From Candidatus Hermodarchaeota archaeon (lineage in GTDB: Archaea; Asgardarchaeota; Lokiarchaeia; Sigyniarchaeales; SOKP01), in assembly GCA_048885535.1 (NCBI GenBank), contig JBHLLO010000001.1, positions 52,698-116,697 of the forward strand: a DNA stretch of 64,000 bases, given 5' to 3'. Below the pieces are notes generated by a model. The model ran no database searches. It was not told where the DNA came from and worked only from the letters and a program-made list of their open reading frames with translations. A program made the position numbers and the translations under genes. The number at the start of each line of letters is the position of its first letter. The stretch's first letter is position 1. Positions 19,192 through 29,607 of the stretch are shown here, piece by piece.

Positions 19192-19704
19192 TTACATTAA
19201 AAAAATATTACTTATAATGGATTGCAATTCATCAAGATCGTTGTAATAGAACAAACTATCTCCAAGTTTAAAAAATGGTTTTAATAAACCTCCTTTTTTT
19301 AGCATATGTGTCATTTCCACGTTTCTTAACACAAAAACTTTAGTCTTATTATAGAACTCAGGAAAAGCTACTATGATACCCATTTCTATCATCTGACCTC
19401 CTTTATCATGCTCAAGCACCATAATAATCTCATCAGAAAATTTAGCGATTAAGTCAAATTTAAGGATCAAGTTCTCGTTATGTGTACGTCGAAATTGGTT
19501 TTCAAAAAAAGCGAGAGTTCTTTCTCTCTTGTTTAAAAGATCCTTTATCTGAATTAAACTAGGAAAATTTGCTTCACTATATGATCCACAAATAAAAATT
19601 TTATAGTTTAAGAGCTTATAAATTGAAAATACATCAATAAATTCATCAAGGAATTCTTCCCAAGTTTCTTCATGTGAATGCTCCATCTTAGACCTCAAAA
19701 TCAA
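19192..19704 (-). CDS. Hypothetical protein, nucleoside 2-deoxyribosyltransferase/TIR-like fold suspected
   Basis: KIFICGSY ... SDEIIMVL ... GGQMIEMG pattern. Confidence 0.5.
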   Translation of the reverse strand: MILRSKMEHSHEETWEEFLDEFIDVFSIYKLLNYKIFICGSYSEANFPSLIQIKDLLNKRERTLAFFENQFRRTHNENLILKFDLIAKFSDEIIMVLEHDKGGQMIEMGIIVAFPEFYNKTKVFVLRNVEMTHMLKKGGLLKPFFKLGDSLFYYNDLDELQSIISNIFLM

Positions 19705-19731
19705 CTTTATATAAATATCTTTAATATCCCA

Positions 19732-19760
19732 AACTCAATTGACTCAATACAAATTGAGTT
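19732..19760. promoter_or_regulatory. Inverted repeat AACTCAATT-N11-AATTGAGTT, candidate operator
   Basis: Perfect 9-bp arms in the divergent intergenic region upstream of an ArsR-like gene; an extra ACTCAAT copy lies in the spacer. Confidence 0.4.
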
Positions 19761-19837
19761 AAATATAAATATCCAAAATAATTATTTTTTTATAGAAGTA
19801 ATGAAAAATTAAATAAAAACGTGAAGGGTGAGTAAAA

Positions 19838-20179
19838 TTGGAAACTCCTAAAAAGCTTGAAAAAATGAGGAAGGACTTAGAAATAATATCAGAAAAGACT
19901 CGCTATAAAATATTACTTACTCTATTAGCAAGTGGAAAAAAGTTATCTTTTAATCAACTGAAAGAATTGCTTCCTTCAATTCCAGATAATAACCTAAATT
20001 ATCACCTTAGTGTATTAAAGGAACACGAATTTATCAACAATGAAAAAAAATCAGAATATAAACGTATGGAACCCCGTTCTTTTTATTCGTTGAGTAAACG
20101 AGCAATAACATTACTTGAGAATTTAGGTCTTAATGCTGTTAAAAAAGAGTTTCAAGCACTGTTTCAACAAATGACGTAA
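19838..20179 (+). CDS. ArsR-family winged-helix transcriptional regulator
   Basis: RYKILLTL, LSFNQLK, NLNYHLSVL, FYSLS. Confidence 0.85.
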   Translation: METPKKLEKMRKDLEIISEKTRYKILLTLLASGKKLSFNQLKELLPSIPDNNLNYHLSVLKEHEFINNEKKSEYKRMEPRSFYSLSKRAITLLENLGLNAVKKEFQALFQQMT

Positions 20180-20197
20180 AAAAAGTGTATGGATTAG

Positions 20198-20869
20198 ATG
20201 CCAAGCTCAATACTCTCTCACCAAGCACCTGCGTTATTAATTAAGGTAAAATATCCATATAAATTCGACGGTACTGCACTCTGCATCAGTACATTTATTC
20301 CCGATATTGATGTTATTATTGAACTCCTTTTTCCGATCACACTAAGAGGAATTACTCATAGTTTTTTAGGGTTGTTCATTTGGACCATCCCATTAACAAT
20401 ACTTTTAACAATGTTATTTTCTAGGTATATTGGACCATTATCTGCTACTATTGCTAAAGAGAAATCAAAAATCTTCAAACCTTTGAGATATTTTGGTATC
20501 AATAAGTGGGATCTTCTCAACAAAAAAAAATTTAATTATAGATTTTTTATTGTAGCATCTTATTCGGCATTACTAGGTGGATTAACTCATATTTTGCTTG
20601 ATCTCCCTTCACATGGAAGAATATATTTATTTTTTCCTTGGGCTATACTACAATCTCCTGATTTCTTGTTATTTTCTATTGTAAATCATGGTACTTTTTA
20701 CATTGGGCAATTTCAAATCGAGGCTAATCTGACAGTATATAGGCTTATATGGAGTATTGAAACACTAATAACACTAATTATCTCACTTTATCTAATTAGA
20801 TATATAAAAAAGAACAACTTAATTAGTGAATGGTACAAAGAGATTAAATCTACTGACGATGACCTTTAA
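20198..20869 (+). CDS. DUF4184-like membrane metal-dependent hydrolase
   Basis: SHQAP, FIPD, THSF, THILLDLPSH. Confidence 0.75.
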   Translation: MPSSILSHQAPALLIKVKYPYKFDGTALCISTFIPDIDVIIELLFPITLRGITHSFLGLFIWTIPLTILLTMLFSRYIGPLSATIAKEKSKIFKPLRYFGINKWDLLNKKKFNYRFFIVASYSALLGGLTHILLDLPSHGRIYLFFPWAILQSPDFLLFSIVNHGTFYIGQFQIEANLTVYRLIWSIETLITLIISLYLIRYIKKNNLISEWYKEIKSTDDDL

Positions 20870-20904
20870 AATTACAAGAGTGAAAGATCATCAAATTATA
20901 ATTG

Positions 20905-21246
20905 TTAATTAGCAATTTTAACAAGTGAATTTGGAGTGAGAATTAAATACTCCTCCCCGATACGGGCCATAGAGCCCCCATTTTCCCTTAAAAATGATTT
21001 TAGATCTTCAATTCCCCTTTTAAGTTTAGTGACGTCTACGTTTTCAAGTAAAGTTTTAGTGTTAACAATTAGGATTCTACGCCCTAACAATTCTTTTTTT
21101 ATTTCTTCAATTTGATCTAATGATGAGAAATCATACTTTTTAATTAAGAAACTTTGTTTTAGTGAAGGAAAATCTCTCGAGAAACCCATAGTCTCCTCAG
21201 GGGAACCCAGAAGGACTTCATCAATTTTTTTCCAAAATTTACCCAA
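20905..21246 (-). CDS. sepF: Archaeal cell division protein SepF
   Basis: N-terminal amphipathic GKFWKKI; ILIVN, LKRGIEDLK, GGSMARIGEEYLILTP. Confidence 0.75.
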   Translation of the reverse strand: MGKFWKKIDEVLLGSPEETMGFSRDFPSLKQSFLIKKYDFSSLDQIEEIKKELLGRRILIVNTKTLLENVDVTKLKRGIEDLKSFLRENGGSMARIGEEYLILTPNSLVKIAN

Positions 21247-21572
21247 TTTTAGATAACTCCCAATTTATGTTTTGTAATAGTTATGGTAAAGGTGTATGTG
21301 GTTTAGTATTTAAATTAAAAGGTTATCTGGATGTATGCTTCTCAAATATAGAAATGTTATTCAGAAAATACTCTACTTTACTTACGTGTTTCTTATGATT
21401 CTAACTTATTTAAGACATATAAAGTTAAATTTTACACTTTAACTATTGTAATATGCAGATAACATCGCTGATTTCAAATATATTGAAATTCAGAATTTGA
21501 AATAAATCCTTATTTACTACAATTCATAATTAATCATTATAAAATTAAAAAGAATAAATTTCGATAAAAAAT

Positions 21573-22031
21573 ATGAGCGAAAAAGTTATTGTAACAAACA
21601 AAGGTTTAATAAGAGCAGAGTTTAACTTTTGGGTCGGGATTTATATGGATAAATTTTTTGATGCTCTTGAAAACAAGGAACTAATTGGAATCAAATGCCC
21701 GAGATGTGGTGATGTATTTGTTCCACCCAGAAAAATCTGTGGAAGATGTAATTCTGTTATACCCATTGATGATAATTGGGTTGATTTACCAGATACAGGC
21801 ACACTATTGAACTTTACTATTACATCATATCGAGTTAATGAACGAAGTCATAGAAAGGCTAAACCACAAATAATTGGAATGATAAGGATCGACGGAAGTA
21901 GTACCGCATTGATATATAGGTTATTAGGTCTAGAGCCTGAAGATGTTAAGATAGGGATGAAATTAAAGATCGATTGGGATGATAAACCTAAAGGAGGTCC
22001 TTCAGATATAAAGGGCTTCCTAAAAGTGTGA
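21573..22031 (+). CDS. DUF35 Zn-ribbon/OB-fold protein
   Basis: CPRCG...PPRKICGRC, GTL, VKIGMKL. Confidence 0.9.
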   Translation: MSEKVIVTNKGLIRAEFNFWVGIYMDKFFDALENKELIGIKCPRCGDVFVPPRKICGRCNSVIPIDDNWVDLPDTGTLLNFTITSYRVNERSHRKAKPQIIGMIRIDGSSTALIYRLLGLEPEDVKIGMKLKIDWDDKPKGGPSDIKGFLKV

Positions 22032-22034
22032 GAG

Positions 22035-23189
22035 GTGATTGAATTAATGCAAAGAGTTGGTATTGTTGGATACTATCAAGTGAAAATGTATTCGGATGCT
22101 AATTATGGGCGCTACGAGATGATTTTTGAGGCAGTAAGAGGGGCTTTAGATAGAGCAGGTTTAAAAAAAAAAGATATCTCAACTGTGGTATCTGCCACAA
22201 ATGATTATTATGATGGGCGGACTATCTCAAATGCACTAACTGTGGAACCAGGGGGTGGATACTTAGTTGATGAATCTAAGGTAGAAATGGATGGTGCATA
22301 TGCAGTATTATACGGATTAATGAGAATTCTATCTGGAAATCATAAGCTAGCAGTCATATGGGGTGGGAGTATGGCATCATGCTTTCCATATCATTCTGCT
22401 AGATTGTATGAGACAGATCCTATATGGGAGCGCCCACTTGCTTATGTGAACGATATAACCTCTGCAGGATTTCAGATGAGAGCCTACATGGAGAAATTTG
22501 GAGTAAGTGCTGAAGACATAGCGGATATAGCGGTTAAAAATCGAAAAAATGCAGCAAAAAATCCTTTAGCTTTAGAAGAAGCTCAAAACCCAAACTTATC
22601 GATTAAAGACATTATAGATTCTGAGATTTATGCAGATCCAGTGACAGAACTAATGGTAGCTCAACCTTGTGATGGGGTAGCTGCTCTATTATTAGCACCT
22701 GAAAAGCAAGCCTTAAGTATCACAGACAATCCTGTCTGGATTACTGGTGTGGGTTATAATCAAGAGACATATTACCTAGGGGAGAGAGATTTATCAATTA
22801 GCAAATCTATGGATTTGGCGGGTAAAATGGCTTTTAAAGCAGCTGGGATTAAGGATCCTTTGAACCAAATTGATGTAGCTGAGTTATTTGAAGCCTATGC
22901 TCATGAGGAATTAATTCTTAGCGAAGCTTTGGGTTTAGCAGAAAAAGGTAAGGGAATAACTCTGAATTCTAAACTTGATGGAAGTTTACCGATTAATCCT
23001 TCGGGAGGTGCTATTGGTGGAAATCCCGCTTGTGCTACAGGTATAATAAGAATTATAGAAGCAGTGAAACAATTAAGAGGAGAAGCAAATGGATACCAAG
23101 TGAAAGGAGCAAAGAAAGCAATTGCTTCTGGTCAAACAGGATTTTGTGCCCAAAGTAATATAGTATATGTATTAGAAGGAGGTAATTAG
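22035..23189 (+). CDS. Thiolase-family protein, SCP2/Ltp4-like
   Basis: ESKVEMDGAYA replaces the catalytic CxSG; DGVAAL, INPSGG. Confidence 0.85.
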   Translation: MIELMQRVGIVGYYQVKMYSDANYGRYEMIFEAVRGALDRAGLKKKDISTVVSATNDYYDGRTISNALTVEPGGGYLVDESKVEMDGAYAVLYGLMRILSGNHKLAVIWGGSMASCFPYHSARLYETDPIWERPLAYVNDITSAGFQMRAYMEKFGVSAEDIADIAVKNRKNAAKNPLALEEAQNPNLSIKDIIDSEIYADPVTELMVAQPCDGVAALLLAPEKQALSITDNPVWITGVGYNQETYYLGERDLSISKSMDLAGKMAFKAAGIKDPLNQIDVAELFEAYAHEELILSEALGLAEKGKGITLNSKLDGSLPINPSGGAIGGNPACATGIIRIIEAVKQLRGEANGYQVKGAKKAIASGQTGFCAQSNIVYVLEGGN

Positions 23190-23191
23190 AA

Positions 23192-24439
23192 ATGGGACGG
23201 CAAGTATGTGTTGCAAGTGCAGGATTTAGTGAACATGCTTCGAAGCGGTCAGATGTAAGTATGCCAGAACTAGTGAGTGAAGCAATCGAAGATTGTTTAA
23301 AAAAGGTTCCTAACCTTGAGATAAAAAACATTGATGCTTTTGTAAATGGTAATATGCCCGCATTTGAAGGATCAAATATTCCTGAACTGTGGATGACGGA
23401 TTGGATAGGTGCAAGGAACAAACCGTTAATGCGAGTAACAACAGGCGGAACTACAGGTGGTTCAGTTGCAATCGCGGGATATTATTCAGTTGCAGCTGGT
23501 TTACCTGGTATTGATACTGTATTAGCTATTGCTTTTGAACAACAATCTCAGGGTGATACCAGCGTTGGGCTAGCAAGTACTGCCTATGGAGAAATATCTG
23601 TAATGAACTCCCTTGGAATACCTTATGATCAATTAACAATTATTCTATCAGGAGGTGCTGCAATAGGGATAGCTTCTTATCAAGCTACTAATTATATGCG
23701 TAAAAGTAAGATTACAGAAGAAGATTTAGCTCGAGTCGTAGTTCAAAACAGACATAATGCAGCAAAGACATGGTGGGCTCATCTCAAAATGCCTAATATT
23801 ACAATTGAGGATGTTTTAGACACGCCTTATATTTCATACCCTTTAAGATATGGGATGGTTTGCCCAACATCTGATGGTGCTTGTGTTATGCTCTTCACAA
23901 CTGAAGAAAAAGCAAAAGACTTATGTGATGTTCCCGTATATGTGAATGGTGTAGGCAGTGTAGCAAATGAAACTGCTCTCATTGGATATGGTGGTAGTGG
24001 ATCTGGGCAATTAGACCTCTCTGAACAATTGGGAGCCCAATTAACATCTGATTTAGCCTTTAAGCAAGCAGGTATTCACTTTCCAAGAAAAGAAATTGAT
24101 TATGCTGAAGTTTATTCACCATTTCCCAATCAAGAACTTATGTGGGTTGAAAAGTTAGGGTTATTCGAACAAAACACTGCACCTAGTATGTATGAAACAG
24201 GAGTAACTGCTCTAGATGGTGAATTACCTATCAATTGCTCAGGAGGCGTCAATTCTACCAATGCTATTGGCGCAGCAGCTTTAGAAAGACCAGCAGAAGC
24301 AGCCTTACAGATCATGGGAAAGGCTAGTAATCAAGTCCCTAAAACTGTGCATACTTCTTTAGGACATGGATGGGGAGGGTATGTTAACTTAGTTACAATG
24401 ATGGTTATGGCCGATGAACCAGGTAGAAAATTTAAATAA
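23192..24439 (+). CDS. Thiolase-family protein, SCP2/Ltp3-like
   Basis: RVTTGGTTGGS, CPTSDGAC, EVYSPF, INCSGG, GHGWGG. Confidence 0.85.
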   Translation: MGRQVCVASAGFSEHASKRSDVSMPELVSEAIEDCLKKVPNLEIKNIDAFVNGNMPAFEGSNIPELWMTDWIGARNKPLMRVTTGGTTGGSVAIAGYYSVAAGLPGIDTVLAIAFEQQSQGDTSVGLASTAYGEISVMNSLGIPYDQLTIILSGGAAIGIASYQATNYMRKSKITEEDLARVVVQNRHNAAKTWWAHLKMPNITIEDVLDTPYISYPLRYGMVCPTSDGACVMLFTTEEKAKDLCDVPVYVNGVGSVANETALIGYGGSGSGQLDLSEQLGAQLTSDLAFKQAGIHFPRKEIDYAEVYSPFPNQELMWVEKLGLFEQNTAPSMYETGVTALDGELPINCSGGVNSTNAIGAAALERPAEAALQIMGKASNQVPKTVHTSLGHGWGGYVNLVTMMVMADEPGRKFK

Positions 24440-24456
24440 AAAAGAGGTTATATAAA

Positions 24457-24987
24457 ATGTCTAAAAGAACGTTAAGGAAGTCAATGGATTATATTAAAAA
24501 GGAATATATTAAAACACGGACCATACCAGCGAACTGGTATTTAACTAGTTATAAATTTAAATTTAATATCTCTCACATGAAACCTTTTCTCGACAAATTA
24601 AAGCAAAAAAAGCTTATTGGGAATCAATGTTCAAGTTGTAATAAGGTTTTCTTCCCACCAAGACAAATTTGTGGTAAATGTCTTGTAAAACCAGATAGAT
24701 GGGTTGACTTACGTGAAACTGGAAGAGTAGCTTCCTTTACCGCAACTTATTTGAAGGATCCTGAAACTGGTGAGGTAGTAGAAAGGCCTATTGTGTGTGC
24801 TCAATTAGATGGGGCGGATACTTCATATCCAGCGCAGTTAAATCCTAATATTGCATTTAAGGACACATATATAGGTATGCCTATAAAAGTTCATTGGGCA
24901 GACGATCTCAAGGGTGGAATGATGGATATCGAATATTATGATCCTATTGAAGATGATGCCAAGGATTTAAGACCTAAAGAAGATTAA
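24457..24987 (+). CDS. DUF35 Zn-ribbon/OB-fold protein
   Basis: CSSC...PPRQICGKC, IGMPIK. Confidence 0.9.
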   Translation: MSKRTLRKSMDYIKKEYIKTRTIPANWYLTSYKFKFNISHMKPFLDKLKQKKLIGNQCSSCNKVFFPPRQICGKCLVKPDRWVDLRETGRVASFTATYLKDPETGEVVERPIVCAQLDGADTSYPAQLNPNIAFKDTYIGMPIKVHWADDLKGGMMDIEYYDPIEDDAKDLRPKED

Positions 24988-25002
24988 TACAAAAAACTTT
25001 AT

Positions 25003-26676
25003 TTATTTTAAAATTATTCCCTCAAAGGGGCTTAAATTAATTCTTGCTTTATTAGTTTTTAAATCTAAATCAACTCGGTTAATCAAAGTTGAAAATAGTA
25101 ATTGTTTATCTTGGTTAGGATAATCTAACATTATTGTGGTTTTATTGAAGTTCAGATATATATCTACTTGAACATTATCAATATACCTACGATAAGCTAA
25201 ACATTTATTCTTTAATTTCTTAACGTCGATAAATTCAAATGCTCCTTCAGATAGTGGTCTATTTTCTATGCGTATTTTTAATAATTTCCGATAAAAATTG
25301 AAAAGTGAACTTGGATCCTCTTTTTCTTTTTCAACATTTATCATCTTATAGGAATCTGGTATTCTTAACCAAGGTTCAACCGTTCTACTTACGCTAAAAC
25401 CAGCATTCTGTTCAGATGTCCATTGCATAGGTGTTCTGCACCTATCACGCGTCAATGAAAATCCGAAGACCCTTGCTAAAAAAGTAACTGGAAAAAAAGC
25501 TAATTTCTGGGCTATAGGATCTTGACTCTCTTTTAGATTAAAAAAGACATTCGACATTCCAATTTCTTCTCCATAATAGATAAATGGTATTCCCCTTAAA
25601 GTCAGTTGCAACATCACTAAAAGTTTAGTTTTTTGAATATCATTGTTTACGAGGGAAATATATCGGTTTCTATCATGATTTCCATACACATAGGTAGGTG
25701 TAAAAGGAGTTGGTAATGCATCTTCTACTCTAGAAATTATCCTTCTAATTTTTTTAGGCTTAAAGGATGGTATTGTTGAGGTAAATTCAAATAAGAAAAC
25801 TGTGTGTAATCCATTATTATTTGGACCATAGTATCGTGCTAATTCTTCTATAGTTCCAAAGACTTCACCCACTAAAAATCTTTCTGGCTCATATTCATCC
25901 ATAATACATCTTAAATCCATAGCAAAATCGAATGTTTCGGGAAGATTCAAATCATATTTATGCTTGTAAAATAAGGTATCAACATGTTTATCTGAAGGTA
26001 ATAATCTCCAACTTAACTTATCGTTCCTTAATTCCTCATCTTCATAAATCGAATGTAAGATGTCCAATCTAAATCCATCTACTCCTTTATCAAGCCAAAA
26101 ACGCATTGTATTAAACATTTCCTCCTTGACTTCAGGATTTCGGTAGTTTAAATCAGGTTGGAAAGGTAAAAAATGAAAATAATACCATTGATCAGTAAGA
26201 TTATCATATTTCCATGCAGATCCTCCAGTCATAGATTTCCAATTATTTGGAGGTCTTTTTCCGTCAGACTTTCTACCATCTCGCCAAATATACCAATTCC
26301 GTTTAGAATTACCTCTACTAGAAGAAGATTCCCTAAACCATGGATGCTCATCTGATGTATGATTAAGTACAAGATCTAAAACCATTTTCATATTTTTATT
26401 ATGTATTCTTGAGAGTAATTCATCGAAGTCTCGTAATGTTCCATATACAGGATCAATAGAACGAAAATCTGAAACATCATAACCATGATCTTTTTGAGGA
26501 GATTTAAAAAATGGACTAATCCAAATTGTTTCAACACCTAAATCTTCTAAATAGTCTAATTTCTCGATTATTCCTCTTAAATCCCCTATTCCATTACCAG
26601 TTGTATCGTTAAAACTTCTAGGATAAATTTGATATACTACTGTTTTTTGCCACCATTTTACTTTATCCCCATCCAT
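25003..26676 (-). CDS. GH13 alpha-glucosidase / oligo-1,6-glucosidase
   Basis: WWQKTVVYQIYPRSF, DLVLNHTS, QPDLN, GVDGFRLD, GNHD, RTPMQW. Confidence 0.95.
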   Translation of the reverse strand: MDGDKVKWWQKTVVYQIYPRSFNDTTGNGIGDLRGIIEKLDYLEDLGVETIWISPFFKSPQKDHGYDVSDFRSIDPVYGTLRDFDELLSRIHNKNMKMVLDLVLNHTSDEHPWFRESSSSRGNSKRNWYIWRDGRKSDGKRPPNNWKSMTGGSAWKYDNLTDQWYYFHFLPFQPDLNYRNPEVKEEMFNTMRFWLDKGVDGFRLDILHSIYEDEELRNDKLSWRLLPSDKHVDTLFYKHKYDLNLPETFDFAMDLRCIMDEYEPERFLVGEVFGTIEELARYYGPNNNGLHTVFLFEFTSTIPSFKPKKIRRIISRVEDALPTPFTPTYVYGNHDRNRYISLVNNDIQKTKLLVMLQLTLRGIPFIYYGEEIGMSNVFFNLKESQDPIAQKLAFFPVTFLARVFGFSLTRDRCRTPMQWTSEQNAGFSVSRTVEPWLRIPDSYKMINVEKEKEDPSSLFNFYRKLLKIRIENRPLSEGAFEFIDVKKLKNKCLAYRRYIDNVQVDIYLNFNKTTIMLDYPNQDKQLLFSTLINRVDLDLKTNKARINLSPFEGIILK

Positions 26677-26781
26677 AGATTATTCAATAATGAAAACCAT
26701 AAAATCTTTTTTCATTAATATAAAACCCAGACAAAAATTTTGGGAAAAGTATAAATTAGTTTTAATAAATTAATATAAATT

Positions 26782-27303
26782 ATGGAATCAATGATTGAAT
26801 TTATTAAATCTCGAAAGAGCATAAGAAATTTTATATATCAAAAGATTGACAAGGATATACTAATAAAAATATTAGAGTGTGGACGTTGGGCACCTTCAGG
26901 TCAAAATAATCAACCTTGGAAAGTATGTGTGGTTATCCATCCAACTGTAAAAAGAATGATTGCTGAACAATCTCAATATGGAGGTATTATAGAAAGTGCA
27001 TATGCTAATTTTGTAATCTTTTTAGATCTTGAGCGTTGCTACGATCGAACGAAGGATCTTCAATCTATGGGAGCTTTTATTCAAAATATACTCTTAGCTA
27101 TTCATGCCAACGAATTAGGAGGTATATGGATTGGAGAAATTCTAAAAAATAAGGAGAAAATAAATGAAATATTTAAATTATCAAACGACAAATTTGAGCT
27201 TATGTGTGTAATTGCATTAGGTGTGATTGATGAAGCAATGGAGGCAAAAAAAGAGGAAGAGAGAGAGAGAAGACCTCTTGACAGTTTTATAGATTGGTTT
27301 TGA
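26782..27303 (+). CDS. Nitroreductase family protein
   Basis: RKSIRNF, WAPSGQNNQPW, QNILLA...LGGIW. Confidence 0.92.
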   Translation: MESMIEFIKSRKSIRNFIYQKIDKDILIKILECGRWAPSGQNNQPWKVCVVIHPTVKRMIAEQSQYGGIIESAYANFVIFLDLERCYDRTKDLQSMGAFIQNILLAIHANELGGIWIGEILKNKEKINEIFKLSNDKFELMCVIALGVIDEAMEAKKEEERERRPLDSFIDWF

Positions 27304-27459
27304 TTCTAAAAATCTTGTTTGTATCTTTTTTTAAGTAATAAAATTAATACTAACTTTATTTTAGTTAATAAATATTCCAGCATTAAGTTTTACTAAAAGT
27401 ATTCATATGTCAAATTATTAAGTTTTTTTATTTAATCAAGAATTTCTATTTGAAGTATT

Positions 27460-28725
27460 ATGAAAAGAGAAGAACGATATACTCATGATTTTAATAATAT
27501 GATTAAAATTGTAATTTTCAACAGTTTTGGCTTCTTTTTCTTGGAATTTTTAATTCCTTTCCATGTTAGTCAAGTATTAGGAGCAACAGGAACGGAATTA
27601 GGAGTTATTTTTGCAATGAATCTTATTGGGCATATCATTAGTTCATCTTTTACTGGTTTTTTAACTGATAGGCTGAAATCGAAAACTAGACTAATTTTAC
27701 TAGGGTCTTTTGGTAGAGGTATTGCCTATTTTTGGCTTTATGGAGCATTTATTTTGAATTCTCTCATTGGTATTATGCTGGGGAACTTTTTTATCGGCTT
27801 TTTTGTTGGATTTTTTTGGATACCTTTTGATACTTTAATTGCCGAAAAATCAAACAAAAATAATCGTGCTAATGCTTATGGGAAGAGAAATTCCGCAATA
27901 GGTATAGGTATGTTGATAGGATCATTGATAGGATTTCCTATTTTTAGTTTTTTCGTTTCTCTTTCATCCAATCCACTTCTAATTTACATCCCAATTGTGC
28001 TTTTTGGTATTTCAAATTTTTTCGCAGGAATTCAATTCATTAGAAAAGTTGATGAGTCAATCAAATTCAATAATTTTGAAGTCAGTTTAGAAAAAAGTAA
28101 TAATCAAAAAAGAACTTCAAAATTATCAGCACATTTCTTAGTGGGGCTAATATTCATTTCATTTGTTTTATTTTTGGCTAATATTAATGGATCTTTAGCA
28201 AAACCTTTTTTAAATCTTTATCTATTAAAGAATATTGTAAATGACCCTACAATAGCTGTTTGGGTATATTTACCTTCCGGCATTGTGTCAATGCTTTTAG
28301 CTCCTAAATTAGGAAATCTTGTCGACCGTTTAAAACCATCAGTAGGGATAAGTATAGCTAGTACTTTAGGAGCAATAATCACGTGGTTCTTAATCAATAC
28401 TACAAATTTATGGCTCTTTTCTCTTCTATTAATTTTTGACATGACGGTTATACATACAGCAAATTTAGTAATTCAGAATTTACTGAGTAGAATTTCTTTA
28501 AAACATCGTGGGAAGATATTCAGTGTATTTAGAGTCTTTTTAAATATTGGAAACATAATTGGACCAATATTAGGTGGTCTTGTATGGGATTTTTTAGGAA
28601 TGAAAGCTCCATTCATAATTTCAATTATAGTAGAACTGTGTTTAATCCCTTTTTATATACTAGGGGTATATGTATTGAAACCATTTTTAAAGGAAAAGTA
28701 TGAAGAAAAGAAAGAACTGCTATAA
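27460..28725 (+). CDS. MFS transporter
   Basis: About 12 TM; GFLTDR and GNLVDR motifs, GPILGG. Confidence 0.9.
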   Translation: MKREERYTHDFNNMIKIVIFNSFGFFFLEFLIPFHVSQVLGATGTELGVIFAMNLIGHIISSSFTGFLTDRLKSKTRLILLGSFGRGIAYFWLYGAFILNSLIGIMLGNFFIGFFVGFFWIPFDTLIAEKSNKNNRANAYGKRNSAIGIGMLIGSLIGFPIFSFFVSLSSNPLLIYIPIVLFGISNFFAGIQFIRKVDESIKFNNFEVSLEKSNNQKRTSKLSAHFLVGLIFISFVLFLANINGSLAKPFLNLYLLKNIVNDPTIAVWVYLPSGIVSMLLAPKLGNLVDRLKPSVGISIASTLGAIITWFLINTTNLWLFSLLLIFDMTVIHTANLVIQNLLSRISLKHRGKIFSVFRVFLNIGNIIGPILGGLVWDFLGMKAPFIISIIVELCLIPFYILGVYVLKPFLKEKYEEKKELL

Positions 28726-28759
28726 TGAATTAACATAAAAAATATATTATAAAGAAAAA

Positions 28760-29413
28760 TTACAAATACATCCAAAAATGGAAAATTCTGGAAAAGATTG
28801 GACCAATCCAATAATAAAACCAAACCCAGTAAACATACGTAAATCCTAGATATAAAATTGCATATATAAACGCAAAAATAAATCCAAATATAACATCTAC
28901 TGGGAAATGTACTCCAAGTATTAATCGAGAAATTGCCATTATAATATCCAAACCTAAAAATACAAAAAATATTATCCAATTATTGAAATACCATCCAAAT
29001 ATTATTCCAAAAAATAAAAAGAAAGTAACATGTCCACTAGGAAAAGACCTCTTCTCAGATTCTGACATAAGGTAAGGGATTCGTATAAAATCATCATGTT
29101 TTTTAACTCCCCTGCTTTCGAGTGTGATATATGGTCTTTTTCTTCTTATTAATCGATATCGAATTAAGCTATGGATAATTATCGATTGATCAAAACCTCC
29201 CGTAAATATCACTAATAGATAATAATCCTTCGTTATATAACCATATAGAAACCAGAGGCACCACAGACCTCCCCAGAAGTAAAAACTACCAAAGAAGCTA
29301 TAAATTTTAGCAAAAGCTTTCGTTCTTCTACTAAAATCACTATTATATAAACTTAGGAAAACTTTAATATCCCAATTCTCAAGTTTCTCTATATATTGTG
29401 TAATATTTGACAT
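28760..29413 (-). CDS. PAP2 family membrane phosphatase
   Basis: RKRP, SFPSGH, SRLILGVHFPVDV. Confidence 0.92.
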   Translation of the reverse strand: MSNITQYIEKLENWDIKVFLSLYNSDFSRRTKAFAKIYSFFGSFYFWGGLWCLWFLYGYITKDYYLLVIFTGGFDQSIIIHSLIRYRLIRRKRPYITLESRGVKKHDDFIRIPYLMSESEKRSFPSGHVTFFLFFGIIFGWYFNNWIIFFVFLGLDIIMAISRLILGVHFPVDVIFGFIFAFIYAILYLGFTYVYWVWFYYWIGPIFSRIFHFWMYL

Positions 29414-29607
29414 AGCATTGAATAGTTTTTGGATGATTTACTTTTATAAATTGAGTTATTAAAATTTTATCCTACGATTAATAATTTTGATACTTTTAAT
29501 CATGTCTTTAGAAGTAGAGTTATACTATGTAGATTCAACAATATTTATATAGAATAAACAACATTTCTAATTTAAGAAATAAAAAAATTTTTCATTTAAT
29601 ATATAAA

